DNA of 64,000 bases from an uncultured Gemmataceae bacterium. Its GTDB lineage: Bacteria; Planctomycetota; Planctomycetia; Gemmatales; Gemmataceae. Location: the NCBI GenBank assembly GCA_963750165.1, contig CAVVPN010000011.1:1088001-1152000 (forward strand), in the 5' to 3' direction. Of this stretch, positions 10,601-20,659 are shown piece by piece. The notes beneath the pieces were generated by a model, which saw only the letters and a program-made list of their open reading frames with translations, ran no database searches and had not been told where the DNA came from. Positions within the stretch are counted from its first letter, which is position 1, and the number at the start of each line of letters is the position of its first letter. The translations under genes were made by a program, and so were the position numbers.

Positions 10601-11006
10601 GCAGCACGGCTACCAGGGTGCGTGGCGGTGTGCGACCGATGTGCTGCAAGAACTCCTGCACTGCCGGCAAGTCGGGCAGGTTCGCGGGGTCGCGGACGAG
10701 GTGGTACAGCGCGATCAGCGTGTGGGTCTTGCCCCCGCCGTAGGTCAGCTCCAGCTGGCGGATGGCCTTGTCGTTCTTGCCGGCCAGGCGGCTGACCACG
10801 TCCTTTGCCAGCTCCCGCAGGTTAAACGTCGGGTAGGTCAGGGCGAAGAACTCTTTCGGGTCGGCGTAGACCTTGCGGGCCTTGCCCATGACCACGTCGT
10901 AAAGGTCGGCGGCGAAAACTGCCAACGACATCTCGCCCGACCGCAGGTCGTCGCGTAGCTGGACCACTTTGTGCCAGGGCTTCCAGGGGGGCTTGCTCAT
11001 GTCCAT
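7677..11006 (-). CDS. DUF499 AAA+ ATPase
   Basis: N-terminal PW..V..LR.D, FAADL, FFALTYPT, Walker A YGGGKTH, Walker B LLLIDE, YPFHP. Confidence 0.9.
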   Translation of the reverse strand: MDMSKPPWKPWHKVVQLRDDLRSGEMSLAVFAADLYDVVMGKARKVYADPKEFFALTYPTFNLRELAKDVVSRLAGKNDKAIRQLELTYGGGKTHTLIALYHLVRDPANLPDLPAVQEFLQHIGRTPPRTLVAVLPFDKLDAEKGMEVRGPAGDPRWLKNPWSVLAFQLAGVEGLRHLHPEGQDAERDSAPAEPLLVDLLARPARQGLATLLLIDETLMYVREKVGLDPVWRGRLINFFQYLTQAATKVDSCAIVASLLATDPHKSDTLGKELTGELYAIFRREREEGVQPVLKEDVAEVLRRRFFTPDSIRDREAFRPHVVAALKGITDLDEQTRREGKAAENRFLASYPFHPDLTEVFYTKWTQLEGFQRTRGILRTFALGLRDAERWDACPLLSANLFLGEPKREGLSEAARELANVAATEEYEGKQQQWTQILEGELTKARELQYESPGLHYRELEQAVFATFLHSQPIGQKASLRDLQLVVGPTRPDRIELEKELARWAGVSWFLDDAELAAAEAAGGPKPLPKVWRLGSRPNLTQMHHDACTRVSPDLIEAKLLAEVQKLKSLTAGAKEAGAKVHVLPERPKDIEDDGDFHFAVLGPKAVSASGSPGAEARRFLDETTAADRPRVYRNAVVLVVPSREGLEVARGRIRDYLGWEEVQHQLKGQDLDPLRAGTLATSLDSTRKKVPESVLLMFGVVVVVSEKNEAQAFKLTVSPAEPLFGQIKADTRSRIQDTAVSADALLPEGPFNLWRAGETSRRVKDLVGAFAQFPHLPKMLRRKEILDTLVQGAREGFFVLRCLAPDRTACTFWRQEPDEAALRDPGLEVVLAEAAELAALPASLLLPQALPGLWAGDELAVGALFAYFAGDHVAQIPREGYDEPMTIPKADRVVVEKAVGEAVQTGHLWLVAGQASLWSEAVPPGVIAEDARLRQPPTAIPVAGILPDQLAEAWRDGATTAAAVADALSRKAGGTLPWPSVRTAIDSALRARVLEWAVDSGPWPCEFAGASGVRLSLPGKPPPVIQPPIVVAPPVVEKRPGVVAAEADLKAAQVQDLADQVGELARVAVGHEVRMRFRIEVGGVKPLPSEIVTRLNEILGEVAKELRLE

Positions 11007-11041
11007 CTCCAGGAGCCGGCTGCCGGCCCTTGCTGATCTTG

Positions 11042-14000
11042 CTACTCGGGTGAGGGGACGTTTTCCTCGGGCGGTGCGAACAACTCACCGTCGAACAGGC
11101 CGGGCTGGGCCGGCTTGTCCACGCCTCGGGCCGCGACGTGGTTACTCACGCACTCCAGCAGCGACCGCTCCTCGCCGCCCCGCTCGGACAATTCGATGAG
11201 GGCTTGCAGGAGTTGGTGGAACAGGGCGTTTCGCCGCAGGCCACGGTCGTTGAGGTACTCGTCCACCTTCACGACCTCGCCGGCTTTCCACAGGTGCAGC
11301 AGGCGGTGGACCTGGTCAATGAGCGGGGCCGGTCGGCCCTCCGCATCGAAGCCCATCGTCTTGCGTTTCCGCTGCGACCAGGGCTTCAGCTTCACCTTCG
11401 AGCCCGAGCCGCCGCCCTCGTCGGCGTCGGCCTCCTCGTCATTTTCATCCTCCTCGTCGTCGGCTGCCGCCTTGCCGCCAGTGCGGAGGAGTAGATCGTG
11501 GCGGTCTACCAGGGCGGAATCGGACAGCCCGCAGGAGACGGCGTAGAGGATGCAGGCACCCGCCGGGGCGTCGCCCACGCCGAAGTCGTGGCGATGCAGC
11601 AGGTAGTAGGTCGTGATGTCGTCCAGCCCCTCAATGCGGGAGCCGTCGCCGTTGCCGGTCAGCACGCGGCCGACGACGAAGTCCACGACCAGGCGACGGA
11701 CGGCCCGCAGGAACTCGGAGACGGACATGGTCTCGCCAGGGGCGGTGGCCTTTTTGACGACGGGGTGCTTGCTGTACGCCTCCAGGGCGGGACCGGTGGC
11801 AGCCCAGACGAAGTCCGGGCCACGGATGCCCGCATCCCAGTAGTTCCGCAGTTTGGGGAGGTGGACCCACTCTTCAGATTCGTCGCCACATCGACCGTGA
11901 AGCCGGTCCCGCATCTCCTCCAGCACGCGGTTGTCCCAGCCGGGCCGGGCCGCCGCAGGCCGCTTCTTGCAGACCAGCCAGACCGAAGACGACAGGGCTG
12001 CGGACGACAGGGAGCGGACGCGGGCTGATCGCTCGGTCTGGATCGGCCAGCTACCGTCCACGACAAAGCCTGCCCGGATGATCGCCGACACAAGCGTCTC
12101 CCAGGCATCGGGGTGCTTGTGGGCAAAGACGACGACAAGACGACCGTCGGGTGCGAGAGCCCGCTGGCATGCCTGGAAGGCGTGGAACATGCCCTCCTCG
12201 TAGACACTTTTCGAGACCTTTGCATCGCCGCCATGCCGGCTGGCGTCGTCGATCAACTCACCGTCGTTCCGGGCCGCGTCCCACTTTGGCCCGAGAGGCG
12301 TCTGGAATGACTCGTCCAGTGCCGGAGCGAGCCCGTGCAGGGTGCGACGCAGCCAGAGGTAGAAGAAGTCCATCAGGTCGGAGTACGGGATGGCGTCGTA
12401 ATAGGGCGGGTCCGTCAAAATCAGGTCGTGCAGTGTCTCCGTGGACGCGATCTTGGCACTTTGGCGAACGACGTGCGGGGCAGGGGCATGTCGGCTCGCC
12501 GCAGAGAAGTGTTCCACCGCCAGACAGACCCACTCGACGGCACTGGAGTAGCCGCCGCTCGTGTCGCCGAGCGGGTTGACCTCGGCGAAGTCCCACACGA
12601 TGGGCAGGGCGAAGCGGGCGAAGGTGCCCTCGATGTTCTCCCCGTTCATGTTCCAGCGGGCGAGGTTGCTGGACTGATTGGCCAGCCGGTCCAGCATCAT
12701 CGCGAGGTAGCAACCGACGACCTCGATCCACTCAGGCGGGTATCCTGCGGCTTGCATGGCCTCGCGAGCCGCCCGGGTGTGTCTGGCGAAGGTGCCGAGG
12801 GCGAACAACTGCGACGGAGTGAAGAGGTCACGCCACCGGGTGAGCCCGTAGGTGTAGACAGTGAAGGGGGAGCCGCCACCCGTCCGGCTTCCCCCTTGCG
12901 GGATAGGCTCATTGAGAGTGCCGAACGGGATTCCCGCGAACAACTCGGGCAGTTCCTTGGCAGCCTGCTCGGACCGCACCCTCTCTGCCTCGCTCGGTGG
13001 CCTGTATTCCTTCCCATCCTTGCCGTCAACGACCACCGCGGTGAGCACACTCCCCAACCGCCCCGCCTGGCCTTCCAGGCGGATGTCCTCGCCCGTAATG
13101 ATGGTCCGGCAGCACGGGCAACTCGCCCCCGACCGCGACATCGTCCCGCCCGCGACCTGGCGGTCGTTCTCCCTCCTCTGGGCCGCATTGCCGCCGACCA
13201 CCGGGACTTCGTTCTCGATGCCGAACACTACCCCAGTCCTGTCGGCGTTGGGCTTCATGGTCAAGACGACCCGCTTCCTGTCCTTCTTGCACAGCCACCG
13301 GGTCTTGAGCAGAGGAACGGTGGCCCGGCAGTTCTTGCACGCCACCGTCCTTGCCCACAGGTACGCGACCACGGGCTTGTCGTCCACGACGGGGTAGCAG
13401 CGGGTCAAGTCCGATTGGGCCTTCTGCGAAACCCACCAGCCCCAGGCCCGGACGTGCCAGGCCAGGTCCACGTCCGGGGGCGGGAAAAGCCCTTGCTGCA
13501 CGGACTCCAGGCTCTTCTCCATTTGCCGCTTGGCCTTGACGCCGGTGCCCTTGAAGAAACCCTCCATGAACTCCCGCGACTCCAGGGCGAACTTCGGCAA
13601 CGGCCGCACCTGCCCGGCAAGTTTCTGTGGATACTCCAGGGTGCATTTCAGGATGAACCAGGCCACGGGGTTGATGTCCATCGCTGTGGCCTCACAGCCC
13701 AGCCGCATGGCCTCCAGGGGAATGGCCCCGCCGCCGGCGAAGGGGTCGAGGACGCGAGGAGCCCGGCCGCCATACGCCTTGCGGATTTCTTCACGGAACC
13801 ACGCCATGTCCGCCCCGTCCTCGCGGCCCCAGTGCAGGATGCCGCCCTTCGTCTCCTCCTTGACGACCTCGACGGTGCGGTTGCCCTGCTCCTTCTTCTC
13901 GACCGTGCGGACGATCTTGCCCCCGATCATCTCCAGCAGCCGCTGACGCTCCTCGTCGTTGCCGGGATCGGGCAGCAAGGTGGCGATCAGGGCGGCCCGA

Positions 14001-14143
14001 CAGGCCGCCAGCGGTCGGCGGGCCGGCCAGATGTGCAGCGTCGAAATGTGCCCGTGGCGAACGTTCTTCTCGTGGACGGAGTCCAGCGACGCCTGCTTCA
14101 GCGGGAAAGCCATCTCGATGAGGCGGGGACGGTCAATCGTCAT
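11042..14143 (-). CDS. DUF1156 adenine-specific DNA methyltransferase with Zn-ribbon
   Basis: RLIE..FP, LHIWPARRPL, motif I DPFAGGG, motif IV TDPPY, CxxC pairs; ATG 14143 overlaps the helicase TGA. Confidence 0.92.
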   Translation of the reverse strand: MTIDRPRLIEMAFPLKQASLDSVHEKNVRHGHISTLHIWPARRPLAACRAALIATLLPDPGNDEERQRLLEMIGGKIVRTVEKKEQGNRTVEVVKEETKGGILHWGREDGADMAWFREEIRKAYGGRAPRVLDPFAGGGAIPLEAMRLGCEATAMDINPVAWFILKCTLEYPQKLAGQVRPLPKFALESREFMEGFFKGTGVKAKRQMEKSLESVQQGLFPPPDVDLAWHVRAWGWWVSQKAQSDLTRCYPVVDDKPVVAYLWARTVACKNCRATVPLLKTRWLCKKDRKRVVLTMKPNADRTGVVFGIENEVPVVGGNAAQRRENDRQVAGGTMSRSGASCPCCRTIITGEDIRLEGQAGRLGSVLTAVVVDGKDGKEYRPPSEAERVRSEQAAKELPELFAGIPFGTLNEPIPQGGSRTGGGSPFTVYTYGLTRWRDLFTPSQLFALGTFARHTRAAREAMQAAGYPPEWIEVVGCYLAMMLDRLANQSSNLARWNMNGENIEGTFARFALPIVWDFAEVNPLGDTSGGYSSAVEWVCLAVEHFSAASRHAPAPHVVRQSAKIASTETLHDLILTDPPYYDAIPYSDLMDFFYLWLRRTLHGLAPALDESFQTPLGPKWDAARNDGELIDDASRHGGDAKVSKSVYEEGMFHAFQACQRALAPDGRLVVVFAHKHPDAWETLVSAIIRAGFVVDGSWPIQTERSARVRSLSSAALSSSVWLVCKKRPAAARPGWDNRVLEEMRDRLHGRCGDESEEWVHLPKLRNYWDAGIRGPDFVWAATGPALEAYSKHPVVKKATAPGETMSVSEFLRAVRRLVVDFVVGRVLTGNGDGSRIEGLDDITTYYLLHRHDFGVGDAPAGACILYAVSCGLSDSALVDRHDLLLRTGGKAAADDEEDENDEEADADEGGGSGSKVKLKPWSQRKRKTMGFDAEGRPAPLIDQVHRLLHLWKAGEVVKVDEYLNDRGLRRNALFHQLLQALIELSERGGEERSLLECVSNHVAARGVDKPAQPGLFDGELFAPPEENVPSPE

Positions 14144-17100
14144 GCACTCTCTCCTTCCGCTGCCTTTACGATCTCGGCCCGGCCGATGACCACGCTGCCC
14201 TTGGCCTTCACGATCAGTTTGCCGAACGGATCCTGCACACGCAACAGCCGTGGGCTGGACGTGGCACAGTCGTAGACGACATAGAGCCAGTAGCGGTCGC
14301 GGTGGTTGCACGCCTGAACCCATTCGTTCTCCGTCAGTTCCACGTCGCCCTCGCCGCCCCGGCCCTTGACCTCGATGGCCCGCTTGCCCTCCGCCGGCCG
14401 CATCGACAGCAGGTCGAAGCCAGGGTTCGGCACCAGGCCCGCCAGCACCGCCCGGTCCGGCGTCGATACGTCCTGCACGGTGGCCCCGGCGGCGGCCTCG
14501 AAGGCCCAGGCGACCTGCACCGCCCTGGCCTCTACCTCGGCGTCGTGCCGTCGGCGGTCCTCGGAATCGGCGGTCGGCACCACGAGGGCGTGGGCCAGGA
14601 ACGTCACCTCGCCCGGCACGATCAGCTCGGGCTCCCGCCGCAGTACCGCCAGGGCTGCCTCCTTGCGGTCGGCAAGGGTCCGCTGCCGGTCGCGGATTCG
14701 CGTCACGTCGCCCCTGGCCCTGGAGTCGCCGGCCCTGGCCCTGTCGGTCAGCCGCGAGCGGGCGGTCGCCAGTTCGGCGTCCTGGTAGTCGAAGCCGCGG
14801 GAGACGAAATCCAGCCGCTCGGCCAGCGTCGCCAGCAACGCCTGCCGCCGCTCCGCCGCCATACCGGCCGCCACCACGCTGGCGGCGAATTCCCCGGCCT
14901 GGCCCCGCGACGGGGCTGCCTGCCCCGCCAGCGCGAATGCCTCCGCAGGCATCCCGGCCCCGCCCCGCAGCAGCAGGAGTTGCTCCACGGGGCACGGCTC
15001 GACAGGGCCACCCGCCTCCTGTCGCAGCCCGACCAGCCGGCAGTCCACCAGTTCCTCGCGGGCGAGTGCCGGCACCTGCGGATCGGCCTCCCGCACCACG
15101 GCCACCAACGCCAGGTGGAACAAGTAGGGCTTCGTGGCGTAGGGATCGACGAACACGCCGCCCCGCAGGGCCGCGTCGCGGAACTTCTCGCACACGAAGG
15201 CCCGCAGCCGATCGAAAAACGGCTCGCCGGGGTGCAGGAACACGCACGACTCGGTGTCGGCGGGCTTGGCCAGCGTCAGCCGCTGCCGCCTGGCGACCTC
15301 GTAGGTCTCCAGGGTCGGTCGCAGCGGGTCGAGGGCGTGGGGCGTCTTCTCCTTGATGGCGAAGAAGCCGTCCGGGTCGCCGTCCAGAGCCAGGCCCAGG
15401 AGCGGGGCGGACTGCACCACGAAGCGGCGGACGTAGCCGGGCAGCAGCTTACGCCAGCGTTCCCGCTCAAGCTGGGCCTCCTGCTCGGGCAGCTGGGACT
15501 TCACGTCGCCGCCGTCGCCGTAGAGCCGCTTCTCCCGCTCTTCCAGGGCCGCGACCTGCTCCTTCGTCAGGGTGCCTTCGATCCGCCGGTTGACGGCCTC
15601 GGCCCCCTCGTCGGTCAACGCCTGCTCCAGGTACTCCCGCAGCGAGACGCCCTCGAACAGCCGGCCAACCACGTCGAAGACCTTGTCCGAGTTCAGTTCG
15701 CGGCGGATTCGCTCCAGTTTGTCCAGCAGCGTCCGCAGCACCCGGCCCTCGCGGGTCTTGCCGGCCACGACGTTCAGGATGATCACCGGGTCGTGCTGCT
15801 GCTTGTAGCGGTGGATGCGGCCCATGCGTTGTTCTAGCCGGGCCGGGTTCCAGGGCACGTCGTAGTTGACCATCAACCAGCAGAACTGCAGGTTGATGCC
15901 CTCGCCGGCCGCGTCCGTGGCTACAAGGTACTTGGCCCCGCCGTCGGCCAGCGGCTTGCGGAAGAAGGAGACCTGCTCCTGCCGCTGCTTGTAGTCCATG
16001 CCGCCGTGGAGGCAGGCGATCTGGCCCGCGAAGCCGATGCCCTCCAGCCGCTTCACCAGGAACTCCAGGGTGTCGCGGTGCTCCGTGAAGACCAGCATCT
16101 TCTCGCCCTGGAACTGGTCGTCCTTCAGCACCTCGCGGAGCTTGTCGAACTTGGACTCGTCGCCGCGGTCGTGGACCTTGCGGGCCAGCCCCAGCAGTTC
16201 CTGCACACGCAGCCGCTCTGTTTTCAGGTCGGCCAGGGACACGGCGACGACACCGCCCAGCAGGTCGTCCTCGCGGACCTCGTTCTCCTCCCTGCCGTCC
16301 TGCGGCGTCTCCTCGTCGCCGGTCTTGGTGTCCAGCACGTCGTCGGCCTGGTCGAGCTTCCGCTGCCGGGCGGCCAGGTCGTCGGGCGTCAGTTCGCCGG
16401 ACTGGATGGCGTTGATGAGGTCGTCGAGGCGACCCAACCGCCGCTCGAAGGACCGCAGCAGGGCGAATGTCGAGCTGGCCAGCCGCCGCTGGAAGACGCT
16501 CATGGCCAGGCGGGCGGCCGAGCGGTTGAGGATGCGCGCCCGGTTGTAGAAGGTCTGGATGTAGTCGGTGGTCTGGTCGTAAAGCGTCTGCTCGCTGACC
16601 GGCCCCTGCGTCAGGTCGTAACTGAGCGTGTCGGACAGACGCCGGGGGTAAATGCGGCTGCCGTCGAAGCGAACCATCTCCTCCTTAGTGCGGCGGATGA
16701 AGTGCCGGCAGCGGGCGTCGGCCGGGTAGGCGTGGAAGGCGTCCACGGTGGCCAACGCCTCAGGCTCCAGCAGCCGCCACAGGGCGTAGTAGGGGAAGTC
16801 CTTGCCCATGTGCGGCGTGGCCGACAGCAGCAGGACGTGGTGGCCCGACCAGCCCAGCGACCAGCGTTCGTCGTCGGTGGGCACCCCGGTCAGGGCCTCC
16901 GCCAGCCGGTAGCGTTCCGTCCTGCGGATGGTGAAGTCGGGCTGTCGGTCGGCGGCCAACTTGTGGCACTCGTCGAAGATGACGAGGTCGTAGGGCTCGA
17001 CGCCCGGCTCCTGGAGCCGCTTGAACATCCGCTCGCCGGAGAGGGTGTCCACACTGACGATGAGGTGGTCGCAGCGAGCGCCGACGAAGGGGTTGCCCGC

Positions 17101-17487
17101 ACGGGCCTCGCCGCCCCCCACAATGCGGAAGGCCAGCCCAAACAGGTTGCCCAGTTCGCTTTCCCAGTTGCCGACCAGACCGGCCGGCGGGACGACCAGG
17201 ACGCGGCGGATGAGCCGGCGGGCGAGCATCTCGCGGATGTAGAGGCCGGCCATGATGGTCTTTCCAGCGCCGGCGTCGTCGGCCAACAGGAACCGCAGTC
17301 GCGTCTGGGGTAGGAGATGTTGATAGACGGCGATCCGCTGGTGCGGCAGCGGGTCGATCAGGGCTGTCTCGACGGCGAAGGCGGGGTTGAAGAGATGGCC
17401 GAACGCGAGCCGGTCTCCTTCGGCGACGACGCGGACGACCTCGGCGTCGGTCGCGAAGTCAATGGGGGTGGGCGAGGTCTGGTTCAC
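14140..17487 (-). CDS. SNF2-family helicase with C-terminal DUF3883 nuclease-like domain
   Basis: LPHQ, LLADDAGAGKT, DECH, SATPH, GEGINLQ, WNPARLEQRMGRIHR; C-terminal GFDL...IEVKGR...LTENEW...YWLYVV. Confidence 0.92.
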   Translation of the reverse strand: MNQTSPTPIDFATDAEVVRVVAEGDRLAFGHLFNPAFAVETALIDPLPHQRIAVYQHLLPQTRLRFLLADDAGAGKTIMAGLYIREMLARRLIRRVLVVPPAGLVGNWESELGNLFGLAFRIVGGGEARAGNPFVGARCDHLIVSVDTLSGERMFKRLQEPGVEPYDLVIFDECHKLAADRQPDFTIRRTERYRLAEALTGVPTDDERWSLGWSGHHVLLLSATPHMGKDFPYYALWRLLEPEALATVDAFHAYPADARCRHFIRRTKEEMVRFDGSRIYPRRLSDTLSYDLTQGPVSEQTLYDQTTDYIQTFYNRARILNRSAARLAMSVFQRRLASSTFALLRSFERRLGRLDDLINAIQSGELTPDDLAARQRKLDQADDVLDTKTGDEETPQDGREENEVREDDLLGGVVAVSLADLKTERLRVQELLGLARKVHDRGDESKFDKLREVLKDDQFQGEKMLVFTEHRDTLEFLVKRLEGIGFAGQIACLHGGMDYKQRQEQVSFFRKPLADGGAKYLVATDAAGEGINLQFCWLMVNYDVPWNPARLEQRMGRIHRYKQQHDPVIILNVVAGKTREGRVLRTLLDKLERIRRELNSDKVFDVVGRLFEGVSLREYLEQALTDEGAEAVNRRIEGTLTKEQVAALEEREKRLYGDGGDVKSQLPEQEAQLERERWRKLLPGYVRRFVVQSAPLLGLALDGDPDGFFAIKEKTPHALDPLRPTLETYEVARRQRLTLAKPADTESCVFLHPGEPFFDRLRAFVCEKFRDAALRGGVFVDPYATKPYLFHLALVAVVREADPQVPALAREELVDCRLVGLRQEAGGPVEPCPVEQLLLLRGGAGMPAEAFALAGQAAPSRGQAGEFAASVVAAGMAAERRQALLATLAERLDFVSRGFDYQDAELATARSRLTDRARAGDSRARGDVTRIRDRQRTLADRKEAALAVLRREPELIVPGEVTFLAHALVVPTADSEDRRRHDAEVEARAVQVAWAFEAAAGATVQDVSTPDRAVLAGLVPNPGFDLLSMRPAEGKRAIEVKGRGGEGDVELTENEWVQACNHRDRYWLYVVYDCATSSPRLLRVQDPFGKLIVKAKGSVVIGRAEIVKAAEGESA

Positions 17488-17973
17488 GTTGGTGTCCTGG
17501 TCTGCCCGTTGTCAACCGGGCCCCTCGTCCCCTGGTGGTGAGGGTCGTACTTATAAATCCCCTGAGGTAAGATGAGTTATACCCGGCACTCAGGCTCAAC
17601 GGTAGCCCCGCAGAATGATTTCCCGGCCTTGCCGGTGTCGGGACCGGGGCCGTTGAAACCGACGACCTGACGCAAGCCGTGCTGGCGAAGGGGTTCCGCG
17701 GCGAACTGGTGCCGACCGAGGTGGACCTGGCCCGCGCCGAGGGCCGCGCCTGCAGGACCGGCCGCCGTCCAGCAGGACCGCATCCGGGCGGTGTGCCCCT
17801 GCAACGCACCTTGCGGCTCAGCGTCGCCGGGTCGAGAATATAAAGAAGGGTGAAGCGGACGTTTGGGGCACTGGCCAAGGCCGGCGCCACCCCCAAAGAG
17901 GCGGTCGCCCACCTGACGCACGAACTGGTGGCCCGCGACCCCGACTTCGCCACCCTCATCCTGGGAGACGCCG

Positions 17974-18363
17974 ATGTCCGACGAGAACTTCAGCGTGGAG
18001 GCTTTGGAGAAGGAATTAGCCGAATTGAACGCGCATCAAGAGAGGCAACGGCAAAACGAGCCGCGGCGCCCACTGGCCGAGTTGAAACAGGTGATCCTGG
18101 CCGCCTTGCGGGGGTTGCCGCGCGTGATGCCGCCGAATGACCGCCCGGCGCCGGACGAAGAAGACATCCTGTTCCGTGACCTGGCCAGAACCCGGCCGCC
18201 GATGGACCCGGACGCCGAAGGCGTCCAGCGACTGCCGCAGAGCGAGACGTTCGACCTGGACGACTACTACTCCCCTGAGGAGCAGGCCAAGCCCGGCTTC
18301 TTCGTCTTCGACCCCAAGGTGTTCGGCGAGGAAGACGCCGGATCGCAAGAACCACCACCATGA
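17974..18363 (+). CDS. Hypothetical acidic protein
   Basis: 129-aa ORF with GGGAG RBS; no recognisable motif. Confidence 0.45.
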   Translation: MSDENFSVEALEKELAELNAHQERQRQNEPRRPLAELKQVILAALRGLPRVMPPNDRPAPDEEDILFRDLARTRPPMDPDAEGVQRLPQSETFDLDDYYSPEEQAKPGFFVFDPKVFGEEDAGSQEPPP

Positions 18364-18461
18364 CCGACCCCCTCCCTGCTGCCGCAGTCGAGGCCGCGAC
18401 CCCGGCGAGCAAGAATTTCGCCGAAAACGCGCCGACCTCCTTGGGTTCATGAAAAACGCCC

Positions 18462-20158
18462 TCACCTGCGGTCAAAGAAGTGCCCGCCCCGCCCCCCGGT
18501 CTGGCCCCACCAGCCCTCGCCGCTGCGCTGGTCGCGGTCCTGTCCCGCCAGGGGGTCGATGGCCTGGTAGCCGCCATCAGGCATCTGGTGGTGGCACAGG
18601 GCCAGGGCGTCGGCGTCATCCGGGGAGCGGCCAATTTTCTCCTTCGTCTTCTCCTTCTTCTCCACGGCGCGCCGCCCGGTGGCGTCCAGTTCCCAGGTCG
18701 GGGCCAGCAGCTGCTGTTTCAGCCGGCGGAGCGTTTCTGCGTCCAGCCTCCCCAGGTGGATCATCCCTGACTTGGCTTTCTCCGCCGTCTCGAACCACAA
18801 CTCATCCCTTTTACGCGGGTACAGGTCATCGCGGTTGGCCCGCGTGCCCGCCCCAATGGCGTGGACGCGGTAGCCTGAGCTGCGCAAAAAGGCCGCGACG
18901 GCGTTGCCGGTGCCGTCGTCGTCCAGCTTGATCGGGATGTCCGTCGGCTTGGCCTGAGCGGCGCCGTGGGGCCTGTGCTGATTCACCAGGGCCGCCATCT
19001 CGGCGGCGGCGTCTTTGATCCTCGCGGTGATGCGGGCCGGGTCCATCGTGTTGGACGTCTCATGGCGGACGCTGACGGCACCCCACCGGCAATGCAAGGC
19101 GTAATAATCGTCTCCTTTCCCGGTCGCCATGTCCGCGCCGATCTGCGGCAGTTGGTTCAGGGGGAAAGCCGGGCAAGGCCCCCGCAGGCACGCCTCGAAC
19201 AAACTCGGCGACCACACGCCGTCGCCGGCGTCCGGGTCCAGGCCCAGGGCGCGCCCCTGGAAGATGGGGCCGGGGCGATACCAGCGTGGGGTGCGGCCGT
19301 GCTTCTGGCACCAGTCGAGCGGCGGCCAGCAGAAGTCCGTGGCCTTCTCGTCGCCGGCCTGCACGGGCTCGCACCAGTTCTGAATCCACTCCTCGAACAT
19401 GCGCAGGCTGACGGCGTGCGGGACCGGCGGCGGCAGCCCGTCCAGCTCGGCCAGCAGGTTCGGGTGGTTGGCGGCGCTGAGACGGAAGGTGTGCCAGCGG
19501 GGCGTGCCGTCCGCGGCGGCGCTGTTAGCCTCGACGTATGCCTGGGAGGTCGTGTTCGTCGGGTTGTAGATCGCTAACCAGGCGTGCCCCAGTGATGGGT
19601 CGAACATGCTGCGGGTGGCGGCCCAGTAGATCGGGTCGATGCCGTTGGCCTCGTCGAAGATGAACAGCATCTTCGGGCGGTGCCGCCCCTGGAACGACTC
19701 CCCCTTGCGTGCCGTGAACCCCTTGGCGTAATGGTCGTCGGAGGTGCGCATCTCCGGGCGCGCGGGCCGATGAAGTGGCACGGCAGGCCGGCCCGCTGCC
19801 GCTGCAGGCGGATTTCCGTCCAGAGCAGGTCCACGACGTCGCGCTCGGTCGGGGCCGTGGACAGCACCACCGACACGGCGAACGAGTCGTACCACCAGTT
19901 CGCCGCCACCGCGGCAATAAAGGTTTTCCCTACGTCGTGCCCGCTCGGCACCAGCACCCTGTATGGGGGGATCAGCAGGTGCCGCAGGATCGTCTCCTGG
20001 TCCGCGGTCAGCGTCGAGATTTTGAGAATGTCCCTGGCATAGCCTACGGGGTCGTCGGCGTAGTCGCCCGGCCCCTTCTGGCCCGGCGCCAGGCGCGGGC
20101 CTGCCTTGGCCTCCAGGGACTGCAGGACTGCCCGCCAAAATAACGCCGGGGATGGCAT
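18462..20158 (-). CDS. Terminase large subunit, split by a 1-nt frameshift near 19757
   Basis: Walker A SGHDVGKT in frame 19574..20158; Walker B LFIFDEA, nuclease IGADMA.G..D and C-terminal GRSPDDADAL in frame 18462..; one extra C in GCCC joins the frames. Confidence 0.8.
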
Positions 20159-20659
20159 TTACTTGTGCTCCAGGGTGTTCAACACGGCCTGGACATCGGC
20201 GGCGAAGGCGGCGTGCTCCGGCGGCGGCATCCGCTGGCAGGCCAGGGCGACCAGCTGGGCGCCGAGGGAGGCCACGTCCTTGACGCTCAGCTTGCCGGGG
20301 TAGAGGTTGAGCAGTTCGGTCTCGTCCTTGAGCGCCGCCAGCGCCGTCCGCAGGTCGCCGGTCTGCAGCGCCTGCGCGTACAGGGCCTGGCGCTTGGACA
20401 GGTGCAGCGCCAGCAGGTGGCCCTGCTGCTTGTCCAGGTTATCCTTCAGTTGCCTCCCGGCCTGGGCGATGTAATTCCACAGCTGCCGGTCACTTACGCC
20501 CCAGGGGCGCCCCGTTGCGGGGTCGTTTTCCGCAGCGTACTGCTTGATGTCGTGGAACTGGGCGCCCGCCAGGCGGATTTCCAGGACCTTGGCCACGCGC
20601 TGGGCGACCACGGCCTGGGTGGACTTCCTGGCCCGCTTACCCTTGCGCTTCGCCGGCAT
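20159..20659 (-). CDS. HTH protein, probable terminase small subunit
   Basis: RVAKVLEIRLAG...WGVSDRQLWNYI HTH followed by helices; abuts terL. Confidence 0.55.
   Translation of the reverse strand: MPAKRKGKRARKSTQAVVAQRVAKVLEIRLAGAQFHDIKQYAAENDPATGRPWGVSDRQLWNYIAQAGRQLKDNLDKQQGHLLALHLSKRQALYAQALQTGDLRTALAALKDETELLNLYPGKLSVKDVASLGAQLVALACQRMPPPEHAAFAADVQAVLNTLEHK

Noticed and set aside
14144..15247. N-terminal extension of the methylase
   Set aside because: Alternative frame of the helicase; ATG 14143 overlaps the helicase stop.
17500..17970. Gene fragment upstream of 17974
   Set aside because: Coding-like pieces in several frames with no assignable product.
19745..19770. Programmed frameshift in terL
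   Set aside because: No slippery heptamer; a missing C in a short run and similar indels in purQ and istA/istB point to sequencing error.
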